Shown: positions 58,178 to 64,000 of the stretch, in pieces | Layout: every line of letters starts with the position of its first letter | Position numbering within the stretch: position 1 is the stretch's first letter | From: Candidatus Woesearchaeota archaeon | Lineage (GTDB): Archaea; Nanobdellota; Nanobdellia; Woesearchaeales; GCA-2686295 | Length of the DNA: 64,000 nucleotides | Assembly (NCBI GenBank): GCA_013202845.1 | Contig: JABMPT010000010.1 | Coordinates: forward strand, 59,876-123,875 | Direction of reading: 5' to 3' | Translations under genes and position numbers: made by a program | The notes under the pieces: generated by a model | Told to the model about the DNA's origin: nothing | The model's database searches: none | What the model saw: the letters and a program-made list of their open reading frames with translations, nothing else

Positions 58178-58426
58178 ATGAAAATCTTCAAGACACTCAA
58201 GAACACATTGAGAGTTGTTTTCTTACTATTTGTAATTCTAGGCATATTGATAATTGTGAACGACGACGAAGGAACAACAGCAAGAGTGATTGAAGAAGCA
58301 AAGCCAGTGTTACAGGAAGCAGCGCAGGACATTGATGCAATAGCTGAAAAAAGCGGTTTAAAAGACAAAGCAAAGGAAAAAATAGTAGAAGCAAAAGACA
58401 AGCTAAAAGAGCTAATTCTGGGTTAA
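58178..58426 (+). CDS. Small membrane-anchored hypothetical protein
   Basis: N-terminal TM helix, then a charged helical region. Confidence 0.35.
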   Translation: MKIFKTLKNTLRVVFLLFVILGILIIVNDDEGTTARVIEEAKPVLQEAAQDIDAIAEKSGLKDKAKEKIVEAKDKLKELILG

Positions 58427-58465
58427 ATTTAAATAAGACTTGTCATTTCCAAAGAACTTCAAATA

Positions 58466-58876
58466 TTGAAGAAGGAAAACAAGATGGAAGTAGTAATGCC
58501 AAATGTTGTGACAAAAGGAAAAAAAGTACACATAGGAAGAGTTGTTACAAGCACTGAAAAAAGAGTTATTGAAGACATTGGACATGCAGTTGATGCTGCA
58601 AGGGAAGGAGATGTCAAAAAATTAGGACGATTCTTAAGAAAATTCAGTCCTGTTGTTTCAAATAATGAAAGAAGCGAATATGGAAAAACAACAAAAGTCC
58701 ATGAGAAATATCATAACGTTCCAGGAATAAATGCTTCAGAAAGACAAAGAATTATAAGTGCTTTAGAGAATTACTTTGCATTTCTCTCAGAAGATAGCTC
58801 TCCAGATGGTGAATACAACCCCCCAATCCATTTCGAATTGTTAAAGAACAATCAAGGATTTCAATACAGAATCTAA
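58466..58876 (+). CDS. Hypothetical protein
   Basis: 136-aa ORF. Confidence 0.35.
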   Translation: MKKENKMEVVMPNVVTKGKKVHIGRVVTSTEKRVIEDIGHAVDAAREGDVKKLGRFLRKFSPVVSNNERSEYGKTTKVHEKYHNVPGINASERQRIISALENYFAFLSEDSSPDGEYNPPIHFELLKNNQGFQYRI

Positions 58877-59211
58877 ATTAACTTTATTTTTTCTATAATA
58901 ATTTCTTTTTTATCATAATAACTTGTCAGAGTGCCGTAAACCTCGACTTCTATACCATTAGAGACATTCACATCATCAAAGATAATACCATTAACAATCT
59001 CTTTCTGAGAAATAGATAACATAGTAACATTATTCCTCTTCCTAACACTTTCTACAACGCCAATAATCTTAACCTCAGAATCTTCATCCATATACTCTAA
59101 CTCAACTATTCTGGATTCTTCCAGTTCAACAAATTGGAGTATGAAAAACAAGGAACATATTCCGACAAGAGAGAATAACAAGGATAGTTTCAATAAAGTT
59201 GAATCTTTCAT
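58873..59211 (-). CDS. Membrane-anchored hypothetical protein, possibly OB-fold
   Basis: N-terminal TM helix, then a beta-rich domain about 90 aa long. Confidence 0.35.
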   Translation of the reverse strand: MKDSTLLKLSLLFSLVGICSLFFILQFVELEESRIVELEYMDEDSEVKIIGVVESVRKRNNVTMLSISQKEIVNGIIFDDVNVSNGIEVEVYGTLTSYYDKKEIIIEKIKLI

Positions 59212-59305
59212 GACAGTATAATAAAGAACAGTTTAATAACAATAACTATGATTTTCTCGTGATTTTTCCGATAGAATTATAAACAAGTTATTATTCAACA
59301 TCTAA

Positions 59306-61192
59306 ATGAAAAAGAGGGAGTTTGGCTTCAAAACTACAAAAGAGATAAAGGTTTCTAAAAAGATTGTAGATCAAGTCATTGGTCAGGAAGCAGCTGTAAA
59401 TGTAATAAGGAAAGCATCAGCGCAGAGAAGACATGTTCTATTAATAGGAGAGCCTGGAACAGGAAAATCCATGCTCGGGCTTGCTTTAGCAGAGCTCCTG
59501 CCAAAAGAGAAACTTGTCGATGTGCTTGCATTTCCAAACCCAAACGATGAAAACCAGCCATTGATAAGAACAGTACCAGGAGGCAAGGGAAGAGACATGG
59601 TTGCAAAAGCAAAGATGAAGAACTTTGGCGGTTTCAAGAACACCAACATGATAATGCTCATCTTCGCTTTGATAATCGGCATGATGCCCTACTGGTGGTG
59701 GAAAGCAGGACATATAACAGATGTAATCTACGCTGCACTCATCATATCAGGAATAATAATCATTTTCGGCGTAGTGATGGCCATGAACCTTGGAAGAAGG
59801 ATGGAGATGAATAAAACATCTGCTCCTAAAGTCATAGTTGATAATTTCAAGAAAAAAGAAGCGCCTTTCTTCGACGCTACAGGCGCACATGCAGGAGCAC
59901 TTCTAGGAGATGTATTACATGACCCATTCCAGTCAGGAGGATTGGGAACACCAGCACATGAAAGGGTAGTTGCAGGAATGATACACAAAGCGCATATGGG
60001 AGTTTTGTTCATAGACGAGATCGCTACATTACAACCAGCAACCCAGCAAGAATTACTAACTTCATTACAAGAAGGAAAATATGCTATAACAGGACAATCA
60101 GAGAGAAGCGCTGGAGCAATGGTTAGAACAGAAGCAGTTCCTTGTAAATTCATATTGATAGCGGCTGGAAATTTCGAAACAGTCAGGAACCTGCATCCAG
60201 CCCTAAGGTCAAGAATAAGTGGTTATGGTTATGAAGTATATATGAAAGAAACTATACCAGACAACCAGGAAAACAGGGAGAGAATGGGACAGTTTGTCGC
60301 TCAGGAAGTAGTGAAGGACGGCAAGATACCACATTTCTCAAGAGAAGCAGTTCTATACATGGTTAACGAAGCCAGGAGAAAAGCCAACAGAAAAGGACAC
60401 CTAACATTAAGATTCAGAGAGTTGGGCGGACTAGTAAGAGCTGCAGGAGACATTGCAGTAGAAGAAAAAGCAAAGATAGTGCAGCCAAAACACATAGTCA
60501 AAGCAAAAAAAATAGCTAAATCACTAGAGCACCAGATAGCAGACCAGATAATAGAGAGGAAAAAAGAATATGAAGTGATAGTAACAGAAGGAAAGAGAAT
60601 CGGAAGGGCCAACGGTCTGGCAGTGATGGGCACAGGCACAAGCTATTCAGGAATCATACTACCAATAGAATCAGAAGTCACACCGGGCGGAAAAGAATCG
60701 GAAATCATAGCAACCGGAAAGCTGGGAGAGATTGCAAAAGAGGCAATAACGAACGTTTCCGCCATTATCAAGAAATTCTTTGGGGAAGATATCAAAGAAA
60801 CATACGACATTTATGTGCAGTTCCTCCAAACTTATGAAGGAGTGGAAGGAGACTCTGCATCCATCGCAGTTGCAACAACGATAATCTCTGCCTTTAAAGG
60901 AGTGCCGATAAAGCAGGATTATGCAATGACAGGATCATTATCTGTCAGAGGAGAAGTTCTGCCGATAGGCGGTGTTTCATCAAAGATAGAAGCGGCAATC
61001 GACGCAGGAATAGCAAATGTGTTGGTTCCAAGGTCAAACTTGCAAGACATCGTGGTCGATTCAGAAAGACTAAAGAAGATAAAAGTAATGCCAGTAGACA
61101 CGATATTCGACGTTCTAAAACTGGCTTTGGACTGGAAAGGAAAAGAGAAAATCTTCAAAAAAATAGAAAAAGCAAGTAAAAAAAAATATTAA
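59306..61192 (+). CDS. lonB: Archaeal membrane-bound Lon protease (LonB)
   Basis: Walker A GEPGTGKS. Two-helix membrane insertion. Walker B VLFIDEI. Sensor AAGN. Protease [17 protein letters not shown]...[12 protein letters not shown] (Ser-Lys dyad). Confidence 0.9.
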   Translation: MKKREFGFKTTKEIKVSKKIVDQVIGQEAAVNVIRKASAQRRHVLLIGEPGTGKSMLGLALAELLPKEKLVDVLAFPNPNDENQPLIRTVPGGKGRDMVAKAKMKNFGGFKNTNMIMLIFALIIGMMPYWWWKAGHITDVIYAALIISGIIIIFGVVMAMNLGRRMEMNKTSAPKVIVDNFKKKEAPFFDATGAHAGALLGDVLHDPFQSGGLGTPAHERVVAGMIHKAHMGVLFIDEIATLQPATQQELLTSLQEGKYAITGQSERSAGAMVRTEAVPCKFILIAAGNFETVRNLHPALRSRISGYGYEVYMKETIPDNQENRERMGQFVAQEVVKDGKIPHFSREAVLYMVNEARRKANRKGHLTLRFRELGGLVRAAGDIAVEEKAKIVQPKHIVKAKKIAKSLEHQIADQIIERKKEYEVIVTEGKRIGRANGLAVMGTGTSYSGIILPIESEVTPGGKESEIIATGKLGEIAKEAITNVSAIIKKFFGEDIKETYDIYVQFLQTYEGVEGDSASIAVATTIISAFKGVPIKQDYAMTGSLSVRGEVLPIGGVSSKIEAAIDAGIANVLVPRSNLQDIVVDSERLKKIKVMPVDTIFDVLKLALDWKGKEKIFKKIEKASKKKY

Positions 61193-61201
61193 AAATAATT
61201 A

Positions 61202-62065
61202 TTATTTCTTTCTAAAAGGCTTTGAAATCAACCAGATTATCCAAATAACAACTGCCCATGGAACAACATAGAATAGCAATTTGAACAATGAGTTGATGCT
61301 ATTGACCAATTTATTGACAAGCTCTGAGAACTTGACAAAAGCAACATTTGCATAACCGCTTGCTTCTTCTCTCAAAGACACTGAAACAGTTGAATAATCA
61401 ACCCTCTTATCAAGGTTTTCCAAATAATCTTCATAGTATTTAATAGTTCTTTCTTGGTTGAATATTCTGTCATTCAAATTAATCTTGTCCTCAACATCAG
61501 TAGCTTCGGCATACATCTCTTGATAGCGTTCAAGCCTTTCCTTCTCCAGTGCTAGTTGAGTTTCTGTATCAGTGTATGTCCCAGTAATATCATTTGCATT
61601 CTCATTGAAAGACTGGACTTCACCGATCTCTTTCAACTGGGTAAGCACAGCACCATATTTGTCAGTTTCAACTTTGAAACTGTAATAACCAGTTCTGTAT
61701 TGTTTCCAGCCTTCACCATGTCTAGAAACACTGTCACTTAACAGATAAGAGTCTGAAGATGTGACAATTGCTTTTAGTTTAGCTTCTGCATCATCATACT
61801 CTCCTCGCTCGATCTCTGTTGTCAAGCTAGCAGTCTTTGTGATCTTGCGCTCCTCGACCTCTGGCGCGAAACTATCATAACCAGGACTTGGTACTCCTCT
61901 GGCATAAGCAACTGATTCTGCAATCCCCATATCTGCTCCATAACTAACACTTTTGAGTAAGTTACTACCACCACCTGTAAAGCTAAAAGCTCCAAGAATG
62001 ACAACAACAACCAATATCAAAAGCCAGTTATCCTTCAATTTCAAAAATTGATTTTTTAAAGCCAT
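61202..62065 (-). CDS. Membrane protein with N- and C-terminal TM helices around a coiled-coil (DUF4349-like architecture)
   Basis: Architecture only. No catalytic motif. Confidence 0.4.
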   Translation of the reverse strand: MALKNQFLKLKDNWLLILVVVVILGAFSFTGGGSNLLKSVSYGADMGIAESVAYARGVPSPGYDSFAPEVEERKITKTASLTTEIERGEYDDAEAKLKAIVTSSDSYLLSDSVSRHGEGWKQYRTGYYSFKVETDKYGAVLTQLKEIGEVQSFNENANDITGTYTDTETQLALEKERLERYQEMYAEATDVEDKINLNDRIFNQERTIKYYEDYLENLDKRVDYSTVSVSLREEASGYANVAFVKFSELVNKLVNSINSLFKLLFYVVPWAVVIWIIWLISKPFRKK

Positions 62066-62149
62066 AATATCACCTTACTATTTTTGATCTTAATGAATAA
62101 CTAATATATAAATACATTGTTATAGGTTCAAACCCATTAGAAGTTAAAA

Positions 62150-62231
62150 CGCCACGGCCCGGATTCGAACCGGGAATGCCAAAGGCACTGGCTCTCAAGG
62201 CCAGCGCAATACCAGATTATGCGACCGTGGC
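62150..62231 (-). tRNA. tRNA-Ser (anticodon TGA), type II with long variable arm
   Basis: Acceptor GCCACGG/CCGTGGC+G. Anticodon stem CTGGC/GCCAG with loop CTTGAGA. Variable arm hairpin TGCC-TTT-GGCA. T arm CCCGG-TTCGAAT-CCGGG. Confidence 0.7.
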
Positions 62232-62397
62232 ACGTGTGAAAATAACCTTGATTTGTTTATATAATTATCGTTTGGCTTTCTGCTGTAGTAATTAGTACAA
62301 CGCAGTTTTATATAAAAAACAATCCTATAAGGTATTAGTTTTTGTTAGAAAAACTAGAACAAATGTGATATAGCGATAGCTATATTGGAGGCAAAAA

Positions 62398-62766
62398 ATG
62401 GGATTAGCAAAAATAGTATATAAGGTTGCATTAGCAGGAACAATATTCGTTGCAGGAATGTATGTTGGCAACAAAATGAGTGGTGATTCTGACTATGCGA
62501 TAAACAGAACAAATCAAGCAGTTATGTTAGAAGCAAAGAATGTCGACAAAGCATACGAGTTGACAAAAATTGATGACGAAGTCTACATGGGCAGCGCCAT
62601 ACATAACTTGAATGGTGTCAAAGCACTTGCTTTTGGCGATATAGAGGCACAAGCAGACAGCATCGATTCTACAGTTGACAACAACAAGATAATGGAAGCT
62701 ATAGAAGAGATCGGCGATAAAGTAGTGGATAAGTACAATGATGTGAAGGACAAAGTCACAAACTAA
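62398..62766 (+). CDS. Small membrane-anchored hypothetical protein
   Basis: N-terminal TM helix. 122 aa. Confidence 0.35.
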   Translation: MGLAKIVYKVALAGTIFVAGMYVGNKMSGDSDYAINRTNQAVMLEAKNVDKAYELTKIDDEVYMGSAIHNLNGVKALAFGDIEAQADSIDSTVDNNKIMEAIEEIGDKVVDKYNDVKDKVTN

Positions 62767-62795
62767 TTTATCAATAAAATGTAGGAGGTCTAACA

Positions 62796-64000
62796 ATGAC
62801 TGAAAAAAATGAACAAAACTTGAATCAAACTGCTGAGGAAACTCTGGATGAGGTTCTTTTAGAGGAGCCTTTGAAAAAAGATCAGGATGAAATAAGAGCA
62901 GAGGCAACACTTAGAGATTTTTACAATAGGTTTCTGCCTGGCGTTACTGAGCAATTAAAGGAAAGAACTGATGATTTGAAGTCTCGATGGGATGCCGCTG
63001 ATCAGATGAGTTTGCTTCTTTTCAGACCATTTGATTTGAATAAGTTGCCATCTGATCAACAAAAAGCATACAAGGAAAAGATTGCGCGCAAGATAAAAAT
63101 TTATGACGCAATAAAAAAGACTGGGATAAATCTTTATGGCATTGAGAGAACATTGTTCCTGAGAAAAGCGAGGAAAGTCAGAGATAATCTTGGTTCAAAC
63201 CTTGAGTCTTATATGAAAGAGTTGAAAGGAAAGGCATATCTGAATGTGAGCGCTGATTTATACGCGAATCTATTGAGTAATCTTCCTGAACACATCAAAT
63301 CAGAAGACAGATACTCAAATCTTGTCAAATGGCTTACAGACAACGCAGGAGTTCCTAAGAATGGGGGAGGACTAAAGACAGAGTTAAGGGATCTTGGTCA
63401 ACAAGCCAGATATCTCACTGACATAGATGATCTATTAGAGGCAACCATCACATCATATGATATAAAGATGGAAAGTACGTCTAATGAGATTAAGGATCTT
63501 GACAAGCAATTAGCAAAGGATCCTGGCGATAGCAAGATAATGGAAGAGAGAGCTAAGAAAACTGCTCTTTACAACCAATACGAGATAGAAAGGGATAATT
63601 ACTTTGACTCCAGAGAGGATGTTTTCAATCAACTAATGGACATCAAAGCTAACTATGTCTCAACAGAACAGAGAATGGGTGTCAAAGAAGTATCTGCTCT
63701 TAAGACTAGAAAGGTTCTCAGAAGGCTTGAATCTGCAGTCAAACACTACGAGCTATACGGCGACACCAGAAAAGAGATGACTACTGTTGTTCAAAACCTA
63801 AAACAAGTTGAGAAAGGATATGACTATGCAGACGTCCTTGAAGTCGCTGCTCAACAGGGAGATTCAATAGCAACACAGCAATACGAGAACATAATGGAAC
63901 GAGACAAGAAGAGAGAAAATGAATCCATTCCAACTAATGGTGGCCGTGACTGGAAGTCCCTGGCCAACAATATTAGATCCCAGCAAAGGGAGGAGATGGA
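62796..64000 (+). CDS. Hypothetical charged/coiled-coil protein, 3'-truncated by the window end; not in the ORF track
   Basis: ATG at 62796 preceded by GGAGG. Open frame MTEKNEQNLNQTAEETLDEVLLEEP... continues to the window end. Confidence 0.5.
   Translation, partial: MTEKNEQNLNQTAEETLDEVLLEEPLKKDQDEIRAEATLRDFYNRFLPGVTEQLKERTDDLKSRWDAADQMSLLLFRPFDLNKLPSDQQKAYKEKIARKIKIYDAIKKTGINLYGIERTLFLRKARKVRDNLGSNLESYMKELKGKAYLNVSADLYANLLSNLPEHIKSEDRYSNLVKWLTDNAGVPKNGGGLKTELRDLGQQARYLTDIDDLLEATITSYDIKMESTSNEIKDLDKQLAKDPGDSKIMEERAKKTALYNQYEIERDNYFDSREDVFNQLMDIKANYVSTEQRMGVKEVSALKTRKVLRRLESAVKHYELYGDTRKEMTTVVQNLKQVEKGYDYADVLEVAAQQGDSIATQQYENIMERDKKRENESIPTNGGRDWKSLANNIRSQQREEM

Noticed and set aside
59376-60639. 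Minus-strand ORFs inside lonB
   Set aside because: Antisense shadow ORFs of a conserved protease gene.

Overview
Low-GC (about 35%) archaeal chromosomal segment, most likely from a small-genome DPANN-like lineage; that lineage placement is inference. The archaeal assignment rests on several markers. The clearest is a canonical cluster rpoH, rpoB''/B' (split), rpoA'/A'', L30e, NusA, S12. Further markers are an L7Ae-S28e-L24e-ndk block, TFB, a membrane-anchored LonB, an archaeal-type ProRS, Elp3, aEF-2, and four intron-containing or type-II tRNAs. Interleaved with these are bacterial-type genes: a class-A penicillin-binding protein, FabF/FabH, and two-component systems. Most interesting items: (1) a 960-aa soluble LonB paralog with a large insertion and a degenerate Walker B motif. 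(2) Two single-ORF cassettes flanked by direct repeats that duplicate the 3' end of the neighbouring gene (elp3, tRNA-Tyr). (3) A protein next to tfb whose N-terminus resembles sigma-70 region 2, followed by Trp-rich repeats. (4) A convergent cluster of two 2H-phosphoesterase paralogs and two HIT-fold paralogs with degenerate catalytic histidines. (5) A full GT51+transpeptidase PBP beside a catalytically degenerate cis-prenyltransferase homolog. No CRISPR arrays or rRNA genes were seen. All calls come from reading motifs in the supplied translations and sequence; no database searches were run.
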